This document shows, one piece after another, positions 24,801 through 38,111 of a DNA stretch of 54,496 nt. How positions within the stretch are numbered: position 1 is the stretch's first letter; every line of letters starts with the position of its first letter. Both the position numbers and the translations under genes were made by a program. This stretch comes from Saprolegnia diclina VS20 (lineage: Eukaryota): positions 445,197 through 499,692 of the forward strand of contig NW_008246095.1 of the NCBI RefSeq assembly GCF_000281045.1. The letters are read 5' to 3'. The notes under the pieces were generated by a model. It worked only from the letters and a program-made list of their open reading frames with translations. It did not search any database and had not been told where the DNA came from.

Positions 24801-27800
24801 CCGCGTCGGCGTGGCGCGGGTTGAGCCCCTTGGAGCAGTGGTCGCTCACAAATTTTAGGAGCAGCGGTGCGCGGGCCATGTGCAGCTTGTTGCGCTCTTG
24901 CATGCCCACAAGCTCTTCGAGGACGTCCCGCAGACTCAGCCACTTGTCTTCGACTTGGTCCCACGCATTGCGGCGGAGGACGTCGAGGCCTTCGACTTGG
25001 TTCTGGATCAACTCCAAGAGGTCGGGCGTCCGGGTCGCATCAATGGCCACACGCGATTGAATCGCGAGCAGCTCTTGCAGCATCGGCTGGAGGTTCACCC
25101 AGCGCGCGTGGACCTTGACGACCGCGTCTCGGTACGCGACGATCTGCGGCGCAAACGCCAGCAACTGGCTCGGGAACTGCCGCTTGTGCGACAGAAAAAT
25201 GTCCCAGACGTGCTCGAGCAGCGTCGGCGTTGTCTCCCAGTGCATCTTGCCGACGCTTTGTTCGCGCAGGGTTTCGAGGTACCCCATGAGGGTTTGCCAG
25301 CGCCGGCGTTGCGCCGGGACGACCGCGGCCGTCACGCGGCGCCGCGCGACTTCGAACGTGTCGATGTAGTTTGCCTTGAAGTCTTTGAAAATGCGGATCG
25401 CAGTCTCGAGCATCGAGAGCTCGGAGAACGAGAGCTTGGTCTTGACGTGCACGAGGGCCTTCTTGAGGTCGCGGGCGTAGAGACCGTCGTTGCCTTTGCG
25501 GTCGAGATGGAGCTGGTACTGCCGGTTGTGTTGGCGCTAAAAGATAGACTCGCGTTGGACGCTGTTGCGATGCATGTAGATTCGTACCTGGTCGAGGAGG
25601 TCGAGCAGCGGGATGATGGCCATGCCCACGACCTCGTCCGTCATGCGGTGGTTGACATTACCCCGAGTTTCGTGGTCGACGAGGATCGAGACGCGGACGT
25701 ACGCCTTGAGAAGCCGACCAAGCAGCTGCGTGAGCTTGGCGACACGCGTCTTCTTGTCAAGCCGCTCGAACGCTTTGGCATCGTCCTACGCATTTGCATG
25801 AGATCCCTAATCTCAAGTCTAGAATGGACAAACATGGTCCAACTCGTCGACTTCGTCTTCAAAGAACGTCAAGATACGCTCGGCTTCGACGAAATCGGCA
25901 CTCGGCGACACACTGAGGAGCGCCATCTTGTCGAGCATCGGAATGAGCTTGGTTGTTGAGACGTAGTGAAGCTTGAGAAGCGTGCTTCGGAGGCGGTCGG
26001 TTGCGACTTCGAACGGCGACCGGTGATCGGCAACCACGTGCTCCGTGTCACTTGGCTTCTTCTCAACAAAGTCGGCCGACCACTTGAGCCGCCGGTGCTT
26101 GTGGCGCGGCGAGAGCATCTCGACGACCGCATCGGCAGTCGCTCGGCCCGCGGCGATCACGTCGGCCGCGCTCACCTGAGAGAGCGTCATGGGCGGCACG
26201 ACCGCCACGTACGATGACGCGTCCTGGCGCGGCTTGAGCACGACCGAAACCGTCCGCGAGGTAAAGCTGACTTGGTCGTCGTCGAGGCGCACGAGCTGCA
26301 AGAGCTTTTGCACCTCGTGTTCGTGCTCGACACTCTTGGCAGCTGCAAGCACCTCGCCATGCAGCTTCTCGACCAAGCCGCGCTCCGCATGCTATCGCTG
26401 TCGCGTTAGAGATGGATGCACCACATGCCATAGTCGTGGTACCTTGGTCTTGTAGCGCAGACTGCGCAAGACGAGTTCGTGGGGGCAGAGCACCCACTTG
26501 TCCAACGGCGCACACCGACGAACGTGGACTGTGGTGCCGACCGTGAGAAGCGTTTCCCGCTGCACGCGAAGCGTCAGGCTCCCACGCGGCTCGCGGTCTT
26601 CGGGGTGGCCCTTTCGGTGCAATGGGATCGACACCTCTTTCTACAGAGATACGAGTCTTCGTGAGCTTAGGATCTTTGGAGGAGCTTGGCTTACAGCATG
26701 CTTTGGCAAGGTGGCGAGGTCGAGTGTCGCAAACCCGAGGCAGTTGCTCGACGATGCAAAATTCGACGCAGCGCCTGTCGTGTGGGTTGGCCCCGAGAGC
26801 ACGGCCCCCGACCCGGAGGTCATGACTTCGAGCACGAGCTTAGTCGCGTACTCGAGCGGCATGCGAGGCTAGCATCGCAAATCACTACAGGGTTCGATCG
26901 TGTTGATGTACCTGGCCAAACGTGAAGCGCTTGGTCTTCTTGACGGCTTCCCAGTCCACCGACGGTTTGTGGTGCTCCTTGTGCGCCGACCGAACGTTCT
27001 CGGTGCTCTTGGGGTACTCTTGGCCTTTGAGGTCCTTGAGAATCGCGCCGTCGGCGTTGACGGTGAGGCCGATGCGGTTCTTGCCACCGGCGTTCGACGG
27101 TACGTCGCTCGTCATAAGGAAGACCCGCACCGAGATCTCTTCGTCCATGAAGTCGCCAACCGAGCCCTTCCGCGTCGACTTGGTTGTGTGCAGGTCGTGG
27201 GCCTTGAGTACATCGACGTGCACTGCGTCCAGAGCAATGTCACTTGCGTCGACAACGCTCGTGGCGTCTTTGGCATCGTGGAAGCGGACAACCGCCGTGC
27301 CGTTCGGTCTCGGCGCCGCCACCAGCGATGCTTGAAAGCGCGGCAAGAGCTCCTAATCCCATGTTCGCATGAGCATATGCATCGAGTGTCCTATGCAAAG
27401 TACGTGGCGCAAGTCGCATTCTTGCTCCAGGTGATAGGCCGCCAGCGCAACATCGTGCTCCTTGTTGTCGGTCGTCGTCACGAGTAGGTGCACGTCGGCC
27501 AGTGGCAACGTCGCGAGCTCACTCGTCGGTGGCGCCGACCAGTCACGGACCAACTCGTCCTTCTTGCCGCGCTTGGCGACTTGAATCGAGAGCGTGTCGT
27601 TTGCATCGGCACATGCAATCTCGTCGGCGTCGAACGACCACGTACCAGCACTGCTATCGGCGTAGGCGAGCGAAGTTTGCGCGTGCAGAGCGTCGGCGAC
27701 CGCCTTGGCACGATCGAGCGCACCGCTCGCCACCGTCGCCAACGCCTCTGCGCTCGTTGGAAGCGTCAGTCGCGCCTCAAAGTCGATCAGCAGTTGGAGG

Positions 27801-30800
27801 TTCTCGATCGGCACCTTCGTGAGCGCTTTGCTCGTGCTCTTGTACGTAGCCGAGACCGTGCCCTTCTCGCGCAAGACGACGTCCGTCACGGGCTTGCCGC
27901 CCAAGACACTTGTGATCGACACGATGGTCAGCGCGGTAGGTGCCTCGTCGATCGGCAAGGCAGCGTGCACCATGAGCGTCAGCACGCGGCGCATCTCGAT
28001 GGCGAGAAGCTGCGACGGTGCCGTCCACTGACTCATTGCGGCATGGAAGGCAACCGTATTCGCACCGGCGATGGCCAACGTGCCCGTGAGGCACACGTGC
28101 GGCACCGGTGCCAGAAGCAACGAGAGCAGGTGTGGCAGCGACAGTTCTTTGACCGACAACTGGCGCACAGCCGCCGCCTTGGCCTTGTCTGCGTCGGCCC
28201 ACTGCGTGCCGAGGACGTAGCCGTGGTACTGTCCGAAGGAGGTCGGTGCCGACTCGTTGCGCGGGGCAAGTAGCGTGACGGCCCCCGTGACAACGTCGCG
28301 GACGGCGACACTCTGGATGGGCGAAGGCAGCTCCAGGTACGTCTGGACGACCGACGATCCGCCCCAGAGGTTGCAGATGGAGTCGGCTACCACTGACGTG
28401 GGACCTATCTTGATGGTTGGCACGTACGCCGCGCAGAGGTGCAGCGCATCGGTCGTGAGCGCGACGTCTTCGCAGCGCAAGAGATCGCGCGGGACATTGG
28501 TGGCGACGGTGGCGTTGTCGAGCACAACGTCGTACACCGGGGGTCCGTCCTCCACCGTGCGCACGCACGATACAATGCCGCGGACAAGGTGCGTCGGCAG
28601 TGGCGCCAAGTAGCCGCGCGCCACTGTCTTGGACGCACCACCGCCTTCGACGAACGCCACTTCGTACTGCGCGCCACCTACCGAGCGCACGACCCGCGCC
28701 GCCCGGTTACTCTGGTCGTGCACGACGCGGACGTATGTGTTGGGCAGCAGTAGCGGACTCACATGTTCGACGCTCACGCGGCTACGATACGTGTAGAGCT
28801 CGGTGCTCGGCAGCCAAGCCACTGTGTTGTCGTCGTCGAAGCAGACACGGTACGATGGCGTTCCATCGTTGGCCTTGATGTCGGTCACGGTAGCCGACCG
28901 GAGGTTGCTCCACGTACACTCCTCATTTGGCGTGCGCACGTACACGACGCTCGTCTCGGTGAGCGGGGACAAGTCGTCCGAGATTGGCGGACACATGACA
29001 TCGACAAAGGCGTCGGCGTACGTACACGCGACGACACCGGCGATGTACGCGGTGCTGTCCCTGGAACGGACGTCGACCGCCGCGCCCGGCAGAAGCGCCA
29101 GCGCTGGCGCCACGTGCGCGTGGACCGTATCGCCCACGTGCAGCGTCGTCAAGGTTTGCGGCGTGTCGTGCGACGATGCCGCCGTCATGACCGTGTCGCC
29201 GCCTACAGTCAGCATACTCGACCCTTGCCATACAAACACATTGCACGCGTACCGGTCCAGTCGCAGAGTGTCGAGAGCGTAGCAATCAAGCGTGGCGTGA
29301 GCTCACCATGAAGACGACCCGTGAGCTGCCCTTTGGCCTCGGCAACGGCGCTCAGCACCGCCGACCAGCGCGCGAGGACAGCGTCGAGCGGCAGTGTATA
29401 CTCGTACGCGAGACGATCTTTCCCACGCGACAAGCTGTGATGAAGAAGGAAGAAGAGCAGCTTGGGCGTGAGCTGCCAATGCAAGCGCGTGCTCTCAGAG
29501 AGCTTTGTGAGCTGCTGGAAGAGGAGCTTGGAGATGCTCTCGCCGGGCACCACCACGGGCACATGGCACGCCTCCCAGAGGAACGTCTCGGCGGTTTGAC
29601 CAAGCGACGCAATCGCGCGCGGGTCAAAGTCGAGGCCGGCGTACGCATACGTCTCGGCGAGGACCCGCTCGACGTACTCGGCCCGGTGCAGCCCCAAGTA
29701 GGACGCGGTAAAGGTCACGACGACCTTTTGAAGGACGTCTTTGGAGTCGCGGTTAACGCACTCAATCTCGAGTGTCGCGTTGGCGAGCGTGGTGGAGACG
29801 ACGAGCGACCCGAGAAGTGACGTACCGCGCTCAGTGTGGTGCAACACGACGTCGTAGGACGCAACGCGCGTCACGTCGTACGAGGTCCCGAGTAAAATGA
29901 CTTCGTAGAGCCGCTCGAGAAGCGGCGTTTTGCCGTCGTGGGTCGCTTGCTCGGCGAGGACGTCGTAGCTCACAAGGTGGCCTTCGCGCGTTCGAGGGGC
30001 AAATGCAAGGGTAAAGCCGGCGAGGCTGGCGTCATCGATAGTCGCCTTTTTGTCCTTGCCATAGACGCTCTGGAGCGTGAGCTCAAGCCCGAAGCGTGTG
30101 AGGTCCGAGTGCGCGGGGTTGGCGCGAACCGTCGACGCACCCGGCTTGAGGGGGCTTCCGGCCTTGACCGCCGGCGCCGTCGCCTCGGGCACATCGGTAA
30201 AGTCGCAGTGGGTGACTTGAACGCGAAAGCGGAGACGACCCAGGATGCCGTCTTCTTCGGAATTGCCACGAGCTTTCGCCCACGCGAGCTGTCCAGCCTT
30301 CGTGTCGCGCATGAGACGCTCAAAGACTTCGACTTCGCCATTGTCGTCGAGGGCCAGCCACGTCGGCGTCTCCTTGCCGCTCGGACCCGCGTGGTGCAGC
30401 TTGAGGCGGCGAATGTACCCGAGATGGTCCTTATCAAACTCGAGGCGGAGACACCCCATCGGGTCGTTGCTCGAGAGCGAGTCGTGGTCAAAGACGCGCA
30501 AAATAAGCGCCTTCTTGTCGTCGAGGCGGACGTCGTCGCCGCGCCCGAGCGTGAACCCTTGGTTGGTCCACTTGGGGTTGAGCGTGTTGGGCACAATGTC
30601 AGTTTTGCCGCAAGCGACTTCTTCGTCCTTGCCGCTCTTGGTACCGACAAGGTACAGCTGCACGAACGGGTCGGACGTGACAATGTCGCTCACAATGAGC
30701 TTGCGGCCTTCGAGAATGTCAACGTGCAAGACCGATCGGACTGGCGCCTTGGGCTTGGCCACGGCCGCAGCGCCCGACCGCTTGCGCCGCAGCCACGACT

Positions 30801-33800
30801 CTGGCTGACCGTGGACCTTGGTGGTGATTGCCTTCTCGATGCGCTGCGCGACCGGCGGCGGTAGCGCGAGGCTGCCCATGCACGTCTTGGACGGGTGCTT
30901 GCGCATCTCGATGCGCACGCGGATCGACCCGAGCTCTCGCCGCTGGAGCATACCGCGCTCCGGCATGAGCTTGAACCACCAGTCGAGCTCGCGTGTGTCC
31001 GAGAGAGCTTGAATTGGGATGCGGAACCGGCCCATTGGCGTCTCGCCGTTCTCGTACGTCGTGAAGAGCGAGACGCAGCCTTCGAGATCGTGGGGCTTGA
31101 AGACCACGTTCAAGTCGACGCACTTGCTGTGCACCTTGAGCGGGTCGAGGTCGCCGTCCATCGTGTGAAAGTCCTCGCGCAACAGGTGCTTCTCGATGAT
31201 CGTCTCGTTCTTGTGGTGGTACTCGACGTCGTAGAGGAGGAAGAGGTCGCGAATCGCCTTGGGTTGCTCGAGCCACAGGACGCGCGACGAGATCCCATAC
31301 TTCTTCAGCAGCAACTGCATGCGTGTCGGCGCCGCCTCGAGCTTGTAGAGCACCTTGCACGGGTAGTTGGCGTCCGTAAACGGTGTCGCGATTTTGTAAA
31401 TCCGCGCCGGGTACTCGGTACCTACCGATATGCGATACATACATGTTCGACGAGACACTAGACAAGGACATACTGCGCGTGAACTTGCGTGCGTCGGTGG
31501 GTGGCGGGTCAAAGATGCCGCTCTGCCCGTACTTGGCGGTCACGGGCTCCTTGAGCGCGGCTGTCTTTTTGAGTTCGCTGCGAATCCGCGACCGAAGCTC
31601 CTTGAGTTGCTTGTCGGACGAGTGCTGGCTCGCCTTGTCGTGGCCAAACACTGCATTCATGAGATGCTGGAAGCAACCTTCGGGGTCGGACGCGTTGAAC
31701 GGCACGTTGGCCTTGACGCACTTGGCTTCGAGAACCGTGTTGTTGAGGCGCTGAAAGAGGACTTTCTGGCGCTTCTCGAGCACGACCTTGACACCGGCGA
31801 GCAGCATGGCCTGCACCCACACCTGCGAGTCGGTGGCCTTGAGCACGATGCTGTGGCTGACGTCCGACGCGAACGCTGCCTCAACGTCGGCGTCCGAGAG
31901 CTTGCGCAGCTTGTTGGTGATCGGGTCGGGCGCAAAGAAGGTCGGGAAGCGTACTTCAAAGCAGTCGTCCCCATGGACTTTGGCGTTGCTGTACGTGACC
32001 AACGTGCGCGCACCCGAGAGATCGATCACGATCGACGCGTTCGTCGCGTGCACCGAGTCGTACAAGTAAATGTACTTGTGCTCGTGCTTGGCCCCCGGCA
32101 CGAAGAGCGCGTATTTCCAGTCCCACAACAACTGCGGCGAGAGACTCAGCGCATTCGCAACGTTGGGCAGCGTCAAGTGCGGCACTTTCAAGTTCGTCAT
32201 GGCTTCGACCGTCGTCGCGGCCGATCCGATCAGACTCGAGACGGTGCTCTGTGTCCCAAGAAAGCTACGTCATAGCAAATGAGATACACGATATATGGTA
32301 GTGCTATACCCGCTCGCGTGGTCGGTGAGCCGCTTGCAGAAGAGCTCGCCCTTGCTCTTGGTTTGGCAGTCGACTTCCTGGACCAAGTCCAAAGGGAACG
32401 TGCTGTCCTTGCGCTTTTGGTGCAAGCGTTCGTGCTCAAGGCCGTGCAGCCGGTAGTACCGATCGTCCCCGTCGGCAAAGTCGCGCTTGTCCGAGACGCT
32501 CTCAATGTAGCCGGCGTCAAAGAGCGCCTTGAGCCACACGAGCGCATGCTCGCGGCTCTCGGGCGCTTGCATGGCCTCCGTGTTGGTCAACAGAGACGGG
32601 TCCTCCCACATCAGGAGCGCGTCGTCGTCCATGACCTCGTTCACAGCAAACGCGGTCCACCCGTCCTTCCAGAGCACCGACGGGAGCCGAAGAATCCACG
32701 AGATGAGCCCCGCGCCCGTAAAACACGCGGCGTACTTGAGCACAAACCCTACTCATGCGAGTTGATACACCGATACTTTGACGCAAAAGCGGCACCGTAC
32801 CGCGCTCGAGGGGCAAGAAATCACCGACTTCGTTGATGGCTTCCCAGCGCAACGTGCGCACGCGCAGCCACTCGTCACGACTGGCGTCGGGCAGCGGCAC
32901 CTCGGGCAGTGCTGTCGCGCCGGCCAGCTGCAGAAGATGCATCTCGAGGTCGACGACGGTCTTCTTGCGCACGTGCAGCGGCATGTCGTTGAGCCGCCGG
33001 TAGAGCCACTCGTCGTCGTCGCCGAGCGCGCTCACGCAGTGCATGGCCGAGAACTTGCGCTGATCGTCGTGCGACAAGCCCTCGTATTCGTCAAAGAGCT
33101 CGATGGCGCGGAGGACGCTGAGAATGTGCCGGTACACAGCGTTGAGCGCGAACCCGAGGTTGTCGACTTGTCGGTTCTGCCGCGCCGAGAGCGCACCGCG
33201 GAGCGCTTGGCGCCGTGCGAGGTACGAGAGCTCGACGTGGTTGCCCGGCTCGAGGAGCGACCGCAGCGAGAGGCCGAGCGACGTCTCGGCCTCCTTTCGA
33301 AGCACATCAGCGTACCACTCGTCGAGGCCTTTCTTGCCTTCGTCCAGTGTGGACGTCAGCAGGCTCTCTTCGATGACGTCGTCGTCGACTGGCCGGCGCG
33401 TGCAGCTCGTTCGGGCTTGCAAAACGCCGTAAAATGTGTCAAACGACAGCGTCTTCTCGGGGAAGATCTTGAGGTGTTGGTTTGGCTGGTCTTCCAGAAG
33501 GCTCTGCACGTCGAGCTTGGCCATGCCGAGCACCCGCGTCGAGCCTTTTGTCGCCTCTTTGGCGCTGCCTTGGTCGACGATGCGGAAGACAAAGGCGTCG
33601 GTCGCATCGAGCAGTGGTCCCTCGAGCGTCAGTGGGTCGACGTGCGCGAGCGCGGCGCCGTGCGCCGACGGCACGACGTACGTTTTCGGTGCTTCGGGCG
33701 GCGGCAAGGACGCGCGCGACGGTGGTGGTGGCAGTAGCCCCGCTGCTGTCTCGTTCTCGGGAGCGAGACCGACGATTTCACCGAGCGGTGTCACAATGAC

Positions 33801-36800
33801 ATGCTTGGCATCGGGCGCCGCCAAGAGGGTTACGACGACCGCGGCGTTGACGTTCTCTGGTAGACGCATCTCGGCGAGCGAGAGCACATGCAGGCGCACG
33901 GACGCCCATTTTTTCGCCCGCGTCGGCGCGGCCGCCGACGGGCGCTTGGCCGCCAACGTCGTGTCGACCGACGGCGGGAACGACTTGATTGGCGTCAAGA
34001 GGCGGAGCGGAACGCGCGGCACGTATGTCTTCTTCTCACCAAGCAGCTGGACGTCGACCGTGCCGTCGTTGCGCACGTGCATGATCTCGCCCATGGCATC
34101 GTAGCTGAGCAGTTTCTTGAGAAGCGCGATCGAGTCGAGCTCGTCGTCAAAGAGCACGAGGTACGTATCGGCCGGGAACGGCGTGTAGTGGCGGACGCGC
34201 CCGGGGAAGTAGTTGCCGCCCGCGCCGCACCGACGGAACGCCAGCACTTTTTGGTCGTACTCGAGCATGTCACGCGCTCCCGACTTGTCGACGTCGCCGG
34301 CATGCGACACCTTGTGCAGCAGATGCCGTGGCAGCCACGCGCTGTTGTTGACTTCACTCGGATCGCCGAGTGCGGCGAGGCACGACGTGTCGAGGTCGCC
34401 CCAATCGCGGTCGTAAAAGTGAATCGCCAAGTGCGAAATCTTGGTCACGTCAAAGCTGTGGCCAAATGTAAACGACGTCGTCGGCCAGACCGGGTTGCGG
34501 CTCTCGTAGACCGTGAGCGACTGCTGCTTGGCCGCATGGACGACCTCGCCCGTGGGCCAGACCGGGTAGATGGTGAAGAACGGGTCGGCCTCGCTGTTGC
34601 GGTCGCAGTTGAGCATGTTGCGGCCACAGAGCACCGTCACGCGGACGTCGTACTCGAAACCTTCGTCCCGGTACTTGACACTGGGTACCGAGTCCGTCAA
34701 TAGGGCCGGGTACGCAAGCTGGAGCTGGAAGCGGTCGCCGAGCCACTGCGGGTCGCTGCCGGGCGTCGAGTACGTCCTGCATACATTGCTTCATTTTCCA
34801 AGGCAAACGTACGACATGCGTACCGGATGTGCTGGCCGGGCGTAAAGATGGTTTCTTCGTCCTCCATGACGGCAGCGTCCGTCGGCGGTGCGTCTCCCGG
34901 TCCCATGAGCGAATGAGACGAGTGGAATGAGAGCATCCCCGCAGCGAGCTGCTTCTGGCGCACGAGGAGCTGGGCGAGCACGGTGGCGTTGCCGATCATT
35001 TCCGTCTCGAGGCAAAGCTCCCCGAGGTCGACGCGCTCCTATGCGTTTTTCGGACTCCGTTGTCAGTAACGTGGAACCGACCTGCTTCATCCACGGTTCG
35101 GGCACAAGTCGGTAGCGCTTGGTCATGGCCACGGTCGCGATCGAGGTCGTCGTCGCGGAGCCCTGGCAGAGGTCTTGGAGTGGAATCTCGACGCGTCCGA
35201 GCGGCGTCGCGTGCCCGATGTTGTTGTGGTCCTTGACGTGCACCAGCAGCGTTTTGGCGTCGTTGAGGTCAATGTCCTAGACAAACCACTTGATACGTCG
35301 TTGATACAACGTGCAACTACGTACGTAACCGAGCGTAAATTCTTCGTGCTGCCAGACCGGGTTGAGCGTCTTGCTCACGACGGCGGTCTTCTTCTTCTCC
35401 TTCTTGTACGGCACGTCGTGCGTGTCGGTGAGAAAGATGGTGCAATACGGGTCGCTATAGCCGTTCATGTCGCCCGCGAGAAGGCTGTGCCCCGACACGA
35501 TGCGCACGCGCAAGTACGGTCGATCGTCGACCATGACGTCGGCCTTTTCATGGCGCTGCTCGTTCTTCCCGAGGCGCTGCCGCGCCGGCGACACCTCGGC
35601 CGTCAGCGGCTTCTTGCCCCAGATCGCCTGCCGGACCATGCCGCCGTTCAAATCTATTCGAGTGTGATGTGGTGTCGAGCGAATGATTTGCTACCATCGC
35701 GGTCTTCCGGGTGCTGCAACACGCGGTGCGTCGATGACTTCTTGGGGCTCTTGGCCTTGCGAACGAGGTACGGCTTGGAGACCTTCTTGCCCGCAATGAT
35801 AGCCACCGTGGGCTCAACTTCGAGCTTGGCGTACGTGCCCACCGGCAAGACTAGACAACATGTGACGACATGTCTCATAGTACACGTTTCGTACCGGACG
35901 CGCGGTCGCCCACCGTCAGGTTTTGAACACCGACAATTGCCACGTCCAAGAGCGCGTAGCCTTCGATGGACCCGCGGTTCTGGAAGACATGGTCGGGCGT
36001 TTGGTGGCGCCGGTTGGCATGCACGAGCTGCGCATGCGCGCCGTGGAGGTAGCCGTTGACGCCGTAAAAGCTCGGGTGGCGGACTTGATACCCCTTTTCC
36101 GCACACGCGATCTTGGCGCCGTCCAAATGCCGCTCGGCCAGGAGCATTTGGAACTGCGCATTGTCGAGCCTACCGCCAGCGTGTTAATTCGCTAGCATAT
36201 GCAGTATGGTCGTACTCGGTCTGCTCGATCGTTTTGGTGTGCCCCGCCGCCGTAACCGCACTAGAAACACAGCATGAGTTGCTGCTCGTGTCCGTGGCGC
36301 CGTCTACCGTCGCGTGGCTTCTCTTTGGAGCTTCTCGCCGCGGCTTTCGCCAATCAAACACAGCTGGAGGCGCACATCGCCCACGTGCTTGGTCACCTAT
36401 TCCAAGAGGCTGAGGACGAGGTACTTGCGTCTCCAACGCCGTACGTCGTCGGGACCGGGCGCCGACTCGAGCGGATACCACTTGGCCAACTGCCCATTCG
36501 CCGCATTAGTCCAAAGATGTTTTAGCAGGTCGATGACGCGTACCTTGTAGGCCGACACTTCGTTGAGATCGATGGTGACCGACCCGAGCGGGATGAAGCG
36601 GTCGCCGCGCTCGGCGTGGAGGATCGTGACCTTGACGTACCCGGCCTGGTCGATGGGGGCATGCTAGGTGGGTGTCAGAGATACGAATGACAATCTTGCC
36701 ACGTACGCGGCCACACACAAACGACGACTCGGAGAACGTGGGTGCGATGGTTCGGAACTGAATGCCGCTGCGGTACGTCTCGCGGTGGAGCAGCCGCTTG

Positions 36801-38111
36801 TGAACGTCGAGCACGTGCACTTCGGCGAGCGGATTGATGGCGGTCGACGGCGCGTTCTCTTTCGGGTCCACGTACACGAGGCCCCGCGCCGAGACGACGC
36901 TGACCTCGAGCCGGTTGTCGGTCTCGTCAAAGTTGTTGGCGATCATTTCCTTCTTGGGCGAGTGGTGGCTGCGCTCGAGCGACTGGAAAAACGCCGGGAG
37001 CTTCTCCCCCGAGAGACTCATGATCACGTGCAGCTCGCCGTGGTCGCGCTCGTCGAGGACCTTTGTGTTTTGGCCCAAGTTGAGCAAATGCGTGGTGGGG
37101 CGTGCGCCTTGGGGCGGCGGTGCGATTTGAAACCAGTGGTCAACCTATCGCCAATGTCAATGACATATTGTACATCGCATGTCGTACGGTTTCCGAAGAC
37201 GTGGCGCTCGCGACCGACATTTTGAACAGGCCCATGGGCACCGACACGGTCCCGATGCACTCGTCCTTGGTGTACAAGTCTTGGTCAAAGAGGTCGAAGC
37301 GGACTTCGTCCACGAGCGTCAAGTCGATTTTCTACGCAAATCATAGGTTATAGTACAATGCACAACCTGTCATCGACAAGAGTGACGTACGTCGCCAAAG
37401 ACCGTGTCAAAGTTCCACACGGGCGCGAGGTCGTTCCCGTTGACTTTGGTCTGCCGCTTTGTCTCGTTGATGAGGTGCCCGCCTTTGTCGACAAGCGTCA
37501 CGACGCAGTACGAGTCGCTCGTGCCCCGCGCGTCGGCCGCAATGAGACCTTTGGCCGCGGCCACGCGCACGTTGAGGTGCACCGACTCTTGCAGCGTCGG
37601 TGTCCGCGACGAGCGCCGGTGAACCAAGTTGGGTCGCAGCATCGCGCCTACGTGACAGTGTGAGGGCTATGGGCAGCGAGGCCGGGCGCACGTACTCGGG
37701 TCGGGCTGGTTGAGCACGTCTTTGGCGCGGCGAAGGGCTTCAAAGATGGCGTCGACCCACGCCTTCTTCTCCGTCTGCACCACTTGCATCAAACGAAGTT
37801 CAATGTAGCACATGGCGTACCTCGGTCGCGGCCTGGACGTAAAACTTGTCGGACGTCGGCGTCGACTGGAGCATGAAGCAGAGGTTGTAGCCTTGGTCGT
37901 TCGTGAGCGAGACGGTCGAGTCGAGGCCAAGGGGAATGCGGCGGCGCGGCGCGACCTCTTGCGGCGACTCAAAGTACAAAAGCTCGCCGGGCTGGAGCCG
38001 GAAGTAGCGCCGGCGCCAATTGGGCACGAGCTTGTTGCTCCTGCTGCGCTTGATGAGGTAGCCCTCCTTGAGGATGATGGTGCCGTGCGACGGCAGCATC
38101 GTGGCCGCCAT
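21824..38111 (-). CDS. Giant (~5,000 aa) multi-domain protein: N-terminal PH, many C2 domains, DEP, second PH-like, Tudor-like repeats, C-terminal helical repeats
   Basis: I traced ~27 short GT-AG introns that each keep the frame from ATG 38111 to the stop at 21824. PH: KEGYLIKRS..NWRRRYFRL. C2: AAKGLIAADARGTSDSYC, SGHSLLAGDMNGYSDPYC, GRNMLNCDRNSEADPFF, EGRKLIVSDIVTSDPFV..VFDHDSLSSNDPMG. DEP: CFTGAGLISWI...SREHAL..LFDAGYIESV...YYRL. Confidence 0.8.
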
